A stretch of 54,906 nucleotides of DNA, filler included, from Sphacelaria rigidula (taxonomy: Eukaryota): assembly GCA_964200075.2 (NCBI GenBank). It is 5 parts of 5 records of this genome, joined end to end, with 100 filler letters (N's around TTAATTAATTAA, not from the genome) between each part and the next. Parts side by side here need not be neighbours in the genome. Positions count along the whole stretch, not along the records: positions 1 to 10,903 come from CAXNAA020005710.1; positions 11,004 to 21,905 come from CAXNAA020005711.1; 3 more parts are not named here. One strand, given 5' to 3'. The notes beneath the pieces are model-generated. The model worked only from the letters and a program-made list of their open reading frames with translations, had not been told where the DNA came from and did no database searches. The translations under genes were made by a program, and so were the position numbers. Below, one piece after another: positions 1 through 11,430 of the stretch. How positions within the stretch are numbered: position 1 is the first letter of the stretch; every line of letters begins with the position of its first letter.

Positions 1-1121
1 GGGGCTCCTTTTGGAGGGGCCTATTCTGCATGTCGATTCTTATATTTGTGTTTTCTTCACTGTTCTTCAGCGAGTGTTTCCGTTTGTGTGTACCTTGGGT
101 ATGTCTATCTCGTGGGTAATGACTACTGCTGGGTCCCTTGGGGATAGAGTTAGAGTATGACGATCAAATCGAAGTACGTGTGGTGGCCGCGTAGGTCGCT
201 TTGAAGCCTACCGTACTTCATTTCGCTCCAAAAGTACGCTCATGATGTTTCTGTCATCTTCATTTTTCGTCGGAAGCAGGCAGTACCATGCTTGTTGGAC
301 GTCTGTGCTGCTTCTGTTGCAAATGCCGATAGCCTGAGAGCACCGACAGCACGTACCTCTGTGTACCGGTTGATTTGGTCCTTTGAGTCGAGGGGTAACG
401 CGGAAGAACCGTCGAAGTTATATAGGCATGGGGCTGCTTTTCGTGGTCCGAAAATACACGCCCCAGGAGAACGTTCGACTCTTCCGCTGTGGTGTTTCTC
501 GCCCAAGAAAGGGGGCTACGTAGGCGAATTCTGACACCTCGCAATGACTTTCTTCACAGTTCGAGAACGTTCCGAAGCACCTTTGCGTTTTCTGACGGGC
601 TCTATTTTTCGCACAAACTAAGGACATGATTCATCGCAGGAAGTGCCAAAATTCAGCGGAACTCTGATGTTCTGGGGTACGTGTCTCCGTGCATTCGGTG
701 GTGGTTAGTGGGTAGCGCGAGAAGTTCAACAATCAGCTTTCGAAGACAATATTAGTGCGCACGGGGAAATGCGAAGAAATAGTGCGGGAGTCCTGTCGGA
801 GAGTGAAACAGCGCAAGTCATTCCTAGGGGTTGAATCTGCGAGTCATCCTATGATAGGGGAGGGGGTCATTTCTTGCACAAAACTTTCAACTCAAATCGT
901 TGGTCAAAGCAGTAATTTTTGTCTGAATGCGCGTGGCACCAATGCGACACATGCATTTATTCTGTTCGACACGGTTTTTACTAGGAGTAAAAAGCACACT
1001 GCGAGTGGGCTATGTCGTCGGACACACCTATGGGACCCTGTCTTTTGTGCAATCAAACACCCCCCCCTATCGTAGGATCACTCCTGCCTCGCCCCCTCGT
1101 CGGCCGAGAAACGTCTCGGAA

Positions 1122-1474
1122 TTGTCGCTATCTCATCTACTCTGGACGCTGGTTCACACCTCTCGGTATTTTTGGGCGCACCAGGCGAGGTCACACAGGA
1201 GGAAGGCCGACACAGGATTTTTTTTATATATTGTTTGTTTTGAGTTCTCCACCTTCCTTCTGCGGTGCTCACCTCTCTTTTTTATCGCGAGAGGGATTCA
1301 ACAGTCCCTTTCCCTCGTCGACCAGTAAGTCGAATGTTGTGCACCCGCGACATAGTCGCTCTCTACTGCCGGGCATCGTGTGAGAAAAAAAAACCAGATC
1401 GCTCCGAGATCCGAACCCACGACTAAACCGTCAGATCGTGTCGAGGTTACCAACTGAGCCACCAGGGCGACCGG
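1122..1474 (-). mobile_element. tRNA-derived SINE, family 1
   Basis: The minus-strand head has a Pol III A-box (GGTGGCTCAGTTGG) and B-box (GGTTCGGATCTC). Colinear copies lie at 3622-4000 and 21691-21905. Confidence 0.8.
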
Positions 1475-2184
1475 TGATATGCGGTACAGACGCTTTTCTG
1501 AGGAATTGTGTGTTTGGGACATAGCGGACTATGATTGGCTGGTTGGTGCTGCCGGACAGCTGGGATGCTATTTTTATTTCTCGGTCGCACTCTTACCCTC
1601 CTTTCCCCCGCACATATCCTTCCACCAGAGAAGTCTATAGCTTCACAGGATTGATCCGTCTTTGCCCCAGCACTTGCCCTGCTATTGCCGACGGGAATTG
1701 GGTCAGTAATCGCGCAGCCAGTCCAAGGCTTAGTTTCTCCGTTACTAGTCTTTGAATTTAGCTCCTTCCCTCGAATTTCCCCTTCATGTGTTTGCGTTCA
1801 TGCGTACATCCTGCGACTATGGCTTGATTCCTGGGCGACCAAAAAGTTGGTTTCGCGACAATCAGCATGTCAATCGACGAGATCTTGTCAGAGATCGCTC
1901 AACGTGATGATGCTGTAAGTCTTCAGAGGCGTGCGGTAAAATGCCGTACACATGCGACAGCATGGGCACGACAGAGGGAGAATTTGTCCTCGTTGCGGCA
2001 CGTTTTGGCGGAACTCCGCCCCCCCAGGATTTTGTTGATGCTGTTTTGTTCGGTGGCACGGCAGTGACACGTTTTCCCCAACCGCGATCGCGTGAACACC
2101 AATATCAGGGGGTGGCAAGCGCAATGGAGGACACCTTTCAAGACTCTGAGGATGACGTTGATCTGGTGAGGGCAGCGGTAAAAC

Positions 2185-2420
2185 ATTATTATTATTATCA
2201 GTATTATTATTATTATCAGTATTATTATTATTATCAGTATTATTATTATTATCATTATTATTATTGCTATTATCATTATTTTATTATTTTAATATCATTA
2301 TTATTATCATTATTATCATTATTATTGCTATTATTTTTTATGTTGTTATCATTATTGTTGTTATTACGATTACCATTATTATTTCTAGTATTTATTACTA
2401 CTAGTACTATTTCATTGTTA
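2185..2420. repeat. (TAT/TTA)n AT-rich microsatellite
   Basis: Direct reading: runs of TATTATTAT interrupted by CAG/CAT. Confidence 0.95.
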
Positions 2421-3621
2421 TTTCCGCACAAAGCATATTGATACTTCCGTTCATCAGATTCAGCTGCCGGGCACCCACACTAAACCGTGCCCCATACACT
2501 ATGCGTCCATATATGACCCTACTTGCAATGATACGTGCGGGCCCCGGAAGAACCGCTGCCGAGCGTAGCATCAGCCGCTATCCTGGGACCCCCGCTTGAT
2601 TGTCAAGTTGTGCGGCACCTGATCTTGATAACACATTTGTGAGAGATTCAACCTTTATCAGAATCTCCGAGTCCATCCCCGCACGGATCCCCGAACGTCT
2701 GGTATCCGAGGTGTTGTTTATGGCGATGCGTAGCGGCGCCTGACCCTCGTTGCCTCCAGGCACCATTCCCTTGCCACTGTGAATGTCCAGAGTAGTGTGG
2801 ACCCACCTGTGCCCTAGGGTACGTGATCTGCATTTCGTTGGGGTTAGGGTCAGAGTTAGGGTTTCGGTTAGGTCGGGTTGTGGTCGACAGTGTTGGGCTG
2901 ATGGTATGATGAGCAGTCGCACAAGTGATCGGTTTAGAGATCAGTATAATAACATTGCGGGTCTCAGAATGTTGGGGACCCATATGAGTGGTCGCAATGA
3001 TTCTGGACCTCGATTTCAAATTTGAAAGGAAGAGCGAGTCCCGACCTCGATTTCAAATATCATGTCAAGGGAATGAATGTAAGCCTCGACGTGCGGCCTT
3101 GATCCGGTAGTCGTGAAGGGAACCAATGTCAGACAAAGGAAATGTGGCAAAATAACCTCGACCTTAAGGTTAAATCTGCGGGGGGAAATATTAACTCCAC
3201 GACTAGATCTGACCTTTATCTCAATGAAGGAAGGTTGTGCCCCTCGAACGAAGGGGTTATACCCCGACCTTTATGTGAAACTCGTGGGGGTGGGGGGCGG
3301 AATTTTCCCCCAAGGCTATGTTTAAGCTTCATCTCAACGGAGGCAGATCGTGTCCCTTCAACGAAGGGGGTGTACAAGGTTCCTATGCACAGGGTGAAGG
3401 TAAGCGCAGCGCGCATCGGCAAAGGTCAAATCGGCGCCTGCTTCGTGGTATGGCAGTGGCTCCAGCATCCAAGGAAACGACCGGCGCTAAAGCCCAGTCA
3501 ACCTGGAGGAAAATCCAAGCTGTAAGACAAATGCCTGAGGAGGTTTTGACAACACAACGTCTGTACTGCATTTGATTTTCAAGCAGCGGTTAGGGACGTA
3601 TTCCACGATTGTGATTCCGTA

Positions 3622-4000
3622 CGTGTGTGTGTGTGTATATATGTGTGTGTGTTATCGTCCCATCTTTTCTGGACGCCGGTCTACACCTTTCGGTATATAT
3701 GTCGGCGCACCTGCCGGGGTCACACAGGAGGAAGGTCAACACGGGAGCTTTTTCTCTTTCGTTTGTTTTTAGTACCCCACCTTCCTCCTGCGGTGCTTGA
3801 CTTTTATTTTTATCGCGAGAGGGGTTCAGCGGTCCCTTTCCCTCGTCGACCATTGAGTTGAATTTTGCGTACCTACGACATAGCCGCTCTCCACTGTTGG
3901 GCATGGCGTGAGAAAAATCCCACATCGCTCCGAGATTCAAACCCACAACTTAATCGCCAGTAGGTGTAGAGGTTACCAACTGAGCCTCCGGGGCTACCGA
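3622..4000 (-). mobile_element. tRNA-derived SINE, family 1, with (CA)n tail
   Basis: A-box GAGGCTCAGTTGG and B-box GGTTTGAATCTC on minus. The body aligns with 1122-1474 and ends in a CA/TA microsatellite at 3622-3652. Confidence 0.8.
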
Positions 4001-4481
4001 CAGGCTACTCAATCCAACCGTGGCTGAGACTAAGATCTCACAACAATCTGACCCCCAAGGGAGACATACTGTGAACCCTCGGACCATGGGGATGTACCAA
4101 GTTCCACACGCCGGACAATGGCAAAACGTTACATCGTCGAAAAGTGTACTGAGTACAGTATGGCATCCACTCTCTATTGCAATAGACGCAATAGTCGATA
4201 CAGTACGCAGTACACTTCTGGACAATGTGATATTTCGTGCGGGGTGTCGTAAGTTCCCAGGCGCAGTGTGTCCAATGATCAGAGCTTACAGGGTCAGGGT
4301 TGACGTTTGAAGTGAGCTCAGAGGTTTCAACGCTCTCTTCTGTCGTGTAAATGCGTACCCTGGACAATCGAATACACGACAGGCGATACATTCGATACTG
4401 TACGCAGTACGTTTGTTGACGAAATAATCTTTTGTTTAACTTGTGTGTTAATGCGTACCTCGTCCTTTGTGAGCCGCTTAA

Positions 4482-4599
4482 CCCTTTTGGAACCCACTGG
4501 CGATTTTTGTTCTCGTGAACCGGCATCCTCTTGACTTAAAAATTACCGAACATGATGCCGATTCACAAAAACAAAAATCGTCAATGGGTTCCAAAAGGG
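4482..4599. mobile_element. piggyBac-like foldback MITE
   Basis: TTAA on both sides (4478-4481, 4600-4603). TIR CCCTTTTGGAACCCA...TGGGTTCCAAAAGGG, with imperfect pairing extending ~45 bp. Confidence 0.8.
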
Positions 4600-6336
4600 T
4601 TAACCTATACGTCGACACCATTCACCCCCCCCCCCCCGGTATTAATTCATACCCTCAGATTACGCAACATGCATGAGTACCACCAGTTCTCTGTATCTTG
4701 GAATTTGATCCGTTGAGCGTAGAGGTGTAAGCCGCCGAAACTCTTGTATATATATATATATACATATTGAACACTAGTTATCGGTTTGTCCCTCGCTGTT
4801 TCTTTTTTCCTGTCTGTTATACAGTAGCAGTTTCGCGCCTTGCTTCCGTAGGGCTCATGGGTGAGAGCTCATGCCCACATAGTAGGGTCCGAAACAGCTG
4901 AGCCGCGATCTGCTCCCAAGAGCTTCTGAGTCCTGTTTTGTGTATGGATTTATGTGTGTTTTTGCGCGCGGCCTTCTGTTCACCTGGAGTCATGCTGCAG
5001 GGGCCGGCCATTTCTATTTTTTTCTCTTCCTCTGTATTTTCAAATACTTTCATCGTCCACCGGGAGTGATTTTTTTAATTATTTTCGCGTTTTTAGATCT
5101 TCTCTCCTTGCCTTTCTTTTTCTCTTCTCTAATTGGTTTTGTTTTCGCTGTTTTTTATCTCTGTGTTTTTTGTTTTCTTGTTTTGCTTTCGTCCACTCCG
5201 TTTGTTTTTTCCCCCACTTTCCTTTCCCTGTGTGGCGAGCGTTTCCGGACTTCTTTTTTTGTCTCCGCGACTGGTTCCCTCGGGGATCATTTCATGCGTA
5301 ACAGTCATGATTATACAGTAGCCACGGGATGTTGAAACGTTTGCCGTAGTAAGTCACTATTTTGTGTTCGATTTCTGCTTCAAGTTCACGTTGGTTGATT
5401 ACATGTATTTCGTGTTTCTCCTTGTGTGTGTGTTTCTTTTCTTCAACGGAAAACAGAGATGTACACATACGTGGAAGACGTGACAACACGTCCAATAGGA
5501 TGATGACGATACTCGGAAATTAAGTTTAAAAACTACACGAGCTATACGTTGACATTTTTCCCGTATATATACTTGTAATTGTCATGGGTACGTCTCTCAA
5601 TGCGGACGCTAATGACCCCGTGTCGCGGAACGCACCCACGCAAGACATGATGTATACCACATGTCAAGGACACGACAATGCCTCAGGTAGTACCTCCCGA
5701 ACGATCTGGATAATTCCTGGCAGAAACGTCCAGAAGTTACCTTTCAATACTGCAAGGGCCCGGTGTTAGTAAACAGCCTTTTGTGTAACAAGCTTTCAAA
5801 AACAGGATATTCGGCTGGTTTCTTCTTTGTTTTTCCTTCGTTTTCCTCTGAATCCCTGCCCCGATGTGGTGTGTGACTTTATGCGGGTACTTTACGCGGG
5901 ATGTCTAGTTTGTTCGTACTTACGGATATCCCTCAAATACCTCCGTACGGTGGGGTGTACCTGCCGGTGAAAATCCGACACGACATATTCCAGCAGGGTG
6001 GAGATGTGAGATACCTTGCTGTTGTCTTGGAATCGACTTTACGTGTATTATCTGAGTCATGCTACGGTAGGGGTAGCACATTCGGACCCAATTTTTCTCA
6101 TTCAAGGGCTCCTGAAGTTAGGAGCTACACAAGAGAACGGGTTAGGACGTTCCCGTTTTCAGACTCGTTCAAGGAATTCCCTAGCTCATTGGAATGCTAA
6201 TCATGGCGTGCTCTTCACATATTTACAGGTCGTTCATTGAATGATATAGGGGTTTCCTCACTATTCGCACGTCGGAAAGCTCATCAGCTGCCTGGATACT
6301 ACATCTTATGAGTATATGGATCCGGATCGTGATTTA

Positions 6337-6565
6337 GGTCATATGTGTAATGCGTGAGAGGACCGCGTGCTTAGAGGACCGCATCGGAATTTGAACATCC
6401 CCATCGTTAGGGTTAGGGTTAGGGTTAGTGTTGAGGTTATGGTCAGGGGCGTGGTACCTGCAGGGACTGGCCCGATTGGTTTTGAAAAACGTCGATCCTG
6501 CGGTGTTTTGAACTACGGCGCGGTCCTCTAAGCACGCGATCCTCTCACGCATTACAATATGGCCT
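6337..6565. mobile_element. Foldback MITE containing an internal (TTAGGG)n tract
   Basis: Arms GTAATGCGTGAGAGGACCGCGTGCTTAGAGGACCGC and GCGGTCCTCTAAGCACGCGATCCTCTCACGCATTAC. TTAGGG repeats at ~6407-6429. Confidence 0.75.
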
Positions 6566-6743
6566 GTTATTTCAAATTTTGCTACCTGTACAGCGCTGGA
6601 CGCCGATCTCGCGAAGTGACACAAGGTAGTGATTTGGATTCTCGGACCCCGCAGTCACGTGCTCTTCGTGCTTGTGGACAAGCGATCTGTGTCCTCTCCA
6701 ATTGTTTTTTTCAGATACCTCGTGAGCTGTCCGATGTGTGTAA

Positions 6744-7478
6744 GGCCGCTCCTTGTAGCAAACGAAAAAAACGTGCTGTAAAAATACCTGTTTGGTCCTT
6801 CTTCGTCGTTTTACGTCCTGAAGGGGAGCTAGGCAGAGTTTGACACCTCGGAGGGACTTGCTCTACTCGTTGAGGCGGTTCTGTAGAGGGTCTTCGCGTT
6901 TTCCAGTGTCCGCACTTTTTATTATGGTCAAACTTGCGAGCAATGCTACGGTAGGGGTGCACTTTTTTCGCGAAATTTTGTCTGGTTCAGGGGCTCCTAA
7001 TGGTTCTAGACGCACAAGAATATGGGCCAGGGCATCCCCGTTTGCAGATTTATTCGGGATATCCCTATTATAGCACATTGGAGTAGTAATCCTGGCGTAC
7101 TTTCGCATATTTTCATAAGTCGTGTTTTGGATGAGATAAAGGGCTCCCAACAATTCTAACCTCAGACATTTTTTGAGTACCCTTACCGTAGCACCACTCT
7201 TGCTTTTTTGTCCAGAAACCGTCAAGAACGGTCAAATCTAGAAGGAACCGTCATTTTTCTCTGGACTTGACCGTCCCTGGACAAATTTGCGTGTCTAACC
7301 GAAATAAAAATTGCGGCCCCCGGAGAACGCAAAGATGTCCTGGAAACACCTCAACGAGTAGAGTGAGTCATTCCAAGGTGTCAAACTCCTTCTAGTTCTC
7401 GTTTAGGGCGTAAAATGATGAAGGCGTGAAAAAGTGTTTTTACAAGACTTTTCTTTTTGTTTGCTATAAGGAGCGGCC
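6744..7478. mobile_element. PIF/Harbinger (Tourist)-like MITE
   Basis: TAA duplication (6741-6743, 7479-7481). TIR GGCCGCTCCTT...AAGGAGCGGCC, with imperfect inverted arms of ~160 bp. Confidence 0.8.
6945..7192. mobile_element. MITE with GCTACGGTAGGGGT termini (possibly Tc1/mariner-type, TA-flanked)
   Basis: GCTACGGTAGGGGTGCAC...GTACCCTTACCGTAGC. A related partial copy lies at ~6061-6260, and the same termini bound 8665-9272. Confidence 0.65.
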
Positions 7479-8664
7479 TAACAATTCGAACCTCACAAAT
7501 ATTTGTTCGCCGTACCTTGGTTTTTTTCCAGGCGCCCCAGGCGTGTGTGTAGGTTTGGGTGGGGAAAGGACATAGCCGAAGAAACCCGGGCGGGTAGTTC
7601 ACCCTGGCCGCGGCCTGGTAGAGGTACAAGGATAGAACCGTGTGCTTCATATGGCTATGGTTGGTGAGTTAGTTTTTTTTCTGTCTGGCTTTACGCGTCG
7701 AGTGTAAATATTGGGCGCTGTCTCCAGTAGTCCGAAGGTTCGCCGACGGCACCTGATCTTATGAGGCTCACAATTTTTTTTTTCATTTGTATCGCGTTTG
7801 TGTTGATTTTTCTGGCTTTTTTTTTTTAATTCGGTTCCATTATACCTAATTTTGGATAGCTAGCCTGTAACCACGGAAGGTGTCCGCATCAGATGCCCGG
7901 TACGGAGATGGAAGTAATGTGCAGACAACGGAACGGCTTTTTGTGTGGAACATGGCAATAACAACAACAACAACAACGACAAGCGATATTTTCAGTTTTG
8001 TCCGTTTAGCAAGACTCATGACGGTGAACGTTTGATCCTTGACTTCTGGGGATCAAGATAGAAGGATACCTGACGCAAACGCTGGAAGAAATATCACTTC
8101 CACGACCAATTTTCAACAACGTACGAACTGACCGGTCGTCGGGGGTCCTCCGGGTACACAGCGCCAGCTTCTGGTTCTTTCACGTCAGCTCCACTCAACT
8201 CACCCCAACGGTTATTGTGAACGATCACATTGTTCGATTCATGTAATTTGTGGTTAGTTGTTCCTCTACCGCCGACGACACCGTGTTTTTGCCTCCAAAA
8301 TACTGTTCATAGCACGCCCCACTGCAACAGATTAGTTCACCCCATACTGCCACGACACAAACAAATTGGAGCAAAAAGTCATGTTGACGACCTGCTTCTT
8401 CTACCAGTATCTACGGGCTGTAGAACTTTCGAATGAAAAATAGTGTTTGGTCTGTGAAGAATAAACAAATGATGAAGAAATATCTTGTTTTAAACGTACG
8501 GAACTACAGTGTACACACTTGTGTCCGTACGCCTCTGGCGTATGCCTCAAAAGCGCGCGCGTATACGCCCAATTCCTGCCCTGTGTCAGCGGACGCAACC
8601 CCTTTCCCTGTCTTCGTATGGGCAAAGTATACACCGCCGGAAGGCGAAGCCCCGTTGAATGATT

Positions 8665-9272
8665 CTACGGTAGGGGTGCACTTTTTTGTCCAAAATATTC
8701 CCAAGGCACACTAAGGCCGGATGTTTTGCAAACAGATTTTTGGCCCACGGATTATTCACTTTTGGGACGTTTGGCCCACTTTTTGACCCCCAGACAGCGA
8801 AAATCCCCAACACATGTCTTGGACACTTTGCGTCACCCCACAGAGAGGAGCCTGGCTCACTTTTCAGATTTGCTTGGCTCCAAGGTTTCGAGGGTGGCTG
8901 CTGAACAATAATCCGTGTGCAGTACAATCGATGGCGATCTCCACAGTTTACTGGGTAAACTGCCGTATGTTGCCAAGCACAGAATATTGCACACGAATTA
9001 TTGTTCAGCGGCCAATCTCGAAACCTCGAAGCCAAGCGAATCTGAAAAGTAGGCTAGGCTCCTCTCTGTGAGGTGATGCAAAGTGTCCGAGACGTGTGTT
9101 GGCGGTTTTTTTCTTGTGTGGGGGTCAAAAAGTGGGTCAAACGTCCCAATAGTGAACAATCCGTGGGCCAAAAATCTTTTTGCCATAACATCCGGCCTAA
9201 GGCCTAGATGTTTGTCGTCGAGAGGCTTCGAAGGTGCAGAGCCTGAGATAAAAATTGTGTACCCCTACCGTG
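8665..9272. mobile_element. CTACGGTAGGGG-terminus MITE interrupted by a Tourist-like insertion
   Basis: Left end CTACGGTAGGGGTGCACTTTTT, right end AATTGTGTACCCCTACCGTGG. Confidence 0.65.
8715..9197. mobile_element. PIF/Harbinger-like long foldback MITE
   Basis: TAA duplication (8712-8714, 9198-9200). TIR GGCCGGATG...CATCCGGCC, with ~210-bp inverted arms. A related fragment starts contig 2 (11004-11055). Confidence 0.85.
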
Positions 9273-9342
9273 GAACCGCTACAAAATTGAGCGCAACAGA
9301 GGAGAGGCATTATTCGACGGATATTACTCGAAGCCCTTGACA

Positions 9343-9438
9343 GCTAGGGTAGGTGGTCTGTTGAATCGGCATCATCTGCACTCCTGACAAATAGGTCAAA
9401 CGATGCCGATTGAAACAGATCCGCCTACTACCCTAGCG
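9343..9438. repeat. Short imperfect inverted repeat (mini-foldback)
   Basis: GCTAGGGTAGGTGGTCTGTTGAATCGGCATC pairs with GATGCCGATTGAAACAGATCCGCCTACTACCCTAGC. Confidence 0.7.
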
Positions 9439-9612
9439 GTGGCAAAAGATTGTGTGCATGTGTGCATGGTATCATGTAAAGTACCTTACCCCCCGAAGGA
9501 GGGAGGAAACCTCACTCAACTGTTACCCCGCGATCGCGTTCGTGTGCCGCTTACCCCGAGGCTCGGCAGTCATGTGGGGTAGGCAACTCGAGCGTTCGGA
9601 AAGCTTTGCTCA

Positions 9613-9738
<126 letters not shown>

Positions 9739-10903
9739 CTTCACATTAAAAAATATTCCCATATCTGCGCAGTATCCTGTACTGGGCATCTGTTGCGGAC
9801 GCCTTCCGTGGTCACAGGTTAACTAACTACCCCAATCTAGGGGGGGGAAAATCATTAAATAAATCGGACCCAGGAAAAAAATCACACAAACGCGACACAA
9901 AGTAAATAGAAAATAAATGAAATGAAAAATACTAAAAAAGAAGAAAAACAGTTTGGAAGTTAAACCCACTAAAACCCTTCAACCTGGCGCAGTGCACCCG
10001 CCGCCATACTCTTATCAGCTTCGGCACTAGGACTATGAAACCTGGACTGTATTATAGATAGGATGTTGAGCGTTGGGCTGGAGATGGGCTGGTGAACGCT
10101 TGGCTTAAGATACCTTTTTGAATACTCTTTCTTACTTGTGTATTTTTTTCAATGGCTTCTGAGGAAACACCACTCCTGCTTGTGTTTTCTATGATGGCTC
10201 CTGTCAAAAACACCTGGGCCCAGGTGATACGAGCCACGGAGCGAGCGCTGCAGGGCGATCAGCAGGCATCTCTCATGCTGGGGGGCGGGGGGAACGCGAA
10301 GTGTTCATCCCCTGTTGGTAAATCGTACTCGAAGAGCACCATCAACGGCCGGTCGTCCGTTTCTGTTGGTTTGCGGATGCCTGTGCGAGGGAGCGGGAAT
10401 CAGGTGAACAGGAAGGATGGGATGCGATCACCGTGTATTGTAGCCATGCATGCAATAAGGGCAGTAGAGCTTACGCATTGGTCGTGAATAATTGTTGTTA
10501 CTTGATTTTAGAGAGGACACCGATATTCGGAGCTTCCGAGGGGCTGCCAGTCCCGAGCGCTCCGACTTGAGGTCTGCCAACGAACACTTTGCCTAGAGCA
10601 ACCTTTGACGCCCTTGCCCGAGGTTTCTCGTATGCCTCGAACTGGGTTACGGTTATGATTACGGTTACGGTTGGAGTTGGGTCAGGGTTAGTTCAAAACC
10701 ACGTACTTCCGAGAAAGCCCTGTCAACCATTTTTTATGGACGAAGCGTAAGCACCCCTCCAGTAAGTAGGGTGGGTTCATGGGGTTCGGTGGGGTCCCTG
10801 GGGGGTGTACCCATGATCATGCATGCCATAGTCATACGACCATTCGGGTCCCTGGGGGGGTGAGGGGGAGGGGGGGGGCGCCGGGGGGGTGTCTTGTTTT
10901 GGT

Positions 10904-11003
10904 NNNNNNNNNNNNNNNNNNNNNNNNNNNNNNNNNNNNNNNNNNNNTTAATTAATTAANNNNNNNNNNNNNNNNNNNNNNNNNNNNNNNNNNNNNNNNN
11001 NNN
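10904..11003. other. Artificial contig linker (44 N + TTAATTAATTAA + 44 N)
   Basis: The same 100-bp six-frame-stop spacer recurs at 21906-22005, 32907-33006 and 43907-44006. The pieces between them are 10903, 10902, 10901, 10900 and 10900 bp, i.e. sorted by length. Confidence 0.98.
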
Positions 11004-11162
11004 AGTGTCCAAGACGTCTGGGGGTCAAAAACCTTGTCAAATGTCCCAAAAGTGTAAAATACGAGCCAAACAAAATACGAACCGGAAGAAACGGCCTAAG
11101 TCCAAATATTGGCCGGCGCATCCGCCTGCAAACTTTCATGCAGCCTCTAGACTGGCCCAGCC

Positions 11163-11430
11163 TGTAGTTGTTTCCAAAAAACTAACTGTTCAGAATCGTG
11201 TACATCTGGGTTGTTTCCACACAACTACTGTAACTGTTCAGAATCGTGTGCAACTAGTTGTTTCCAAACAACTAAATGTTCAGAATCGTGTGCAACGTTT
11301 TGTTTCCAAACAACTATCTGTTCAGAATTGTGTGCAACTAGTTGTTTCCAAACAACTCACTGTTCAGAATCATGTGCAACTGGTTGTTTCCAAACAACCA
11401 CCAGGCAGTTGGTCGACAAACAACTGACTT
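11163..11430. repeat. 42-bp palindrome-containing minisatellite (~6 units); a second block lies at 11760-11892
   Basis: Unit CTAGTTGTTTCCAAACAACTAACTGTTCAGAATCGTGTGCAA, containing the stem TAGTTGTTT-CC-AAACAACTA. Confidence 0.9.

Noticed and set aside
1400..1474. Standalone tRNA genes (also 30285-30366)
   Set aside because: The A/B boxes are attached to multi-copy bodies and the copies are diverged, which fits SINE heads. I could not fold a full cloverleaf.
240..2180. Coding-like fragments at 240-544 and 1840-2180 (also 10050-10490)
   Set aside because: No recognisable domain and no consistent splice pattern. They are possibly old transposon debris.
1923..2441. Poly-Tyr / poly-Ile ORFs (also poly-Val at 9452-9826)
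   Set aside because: They are translations of microsatellites.
11163..11430. CRISPR-like array of palindromic repeats
   Set aside because: The sequences between the palindromes are near-identical, not unique spacers. There are no cas genes and the context is eukaryotic.
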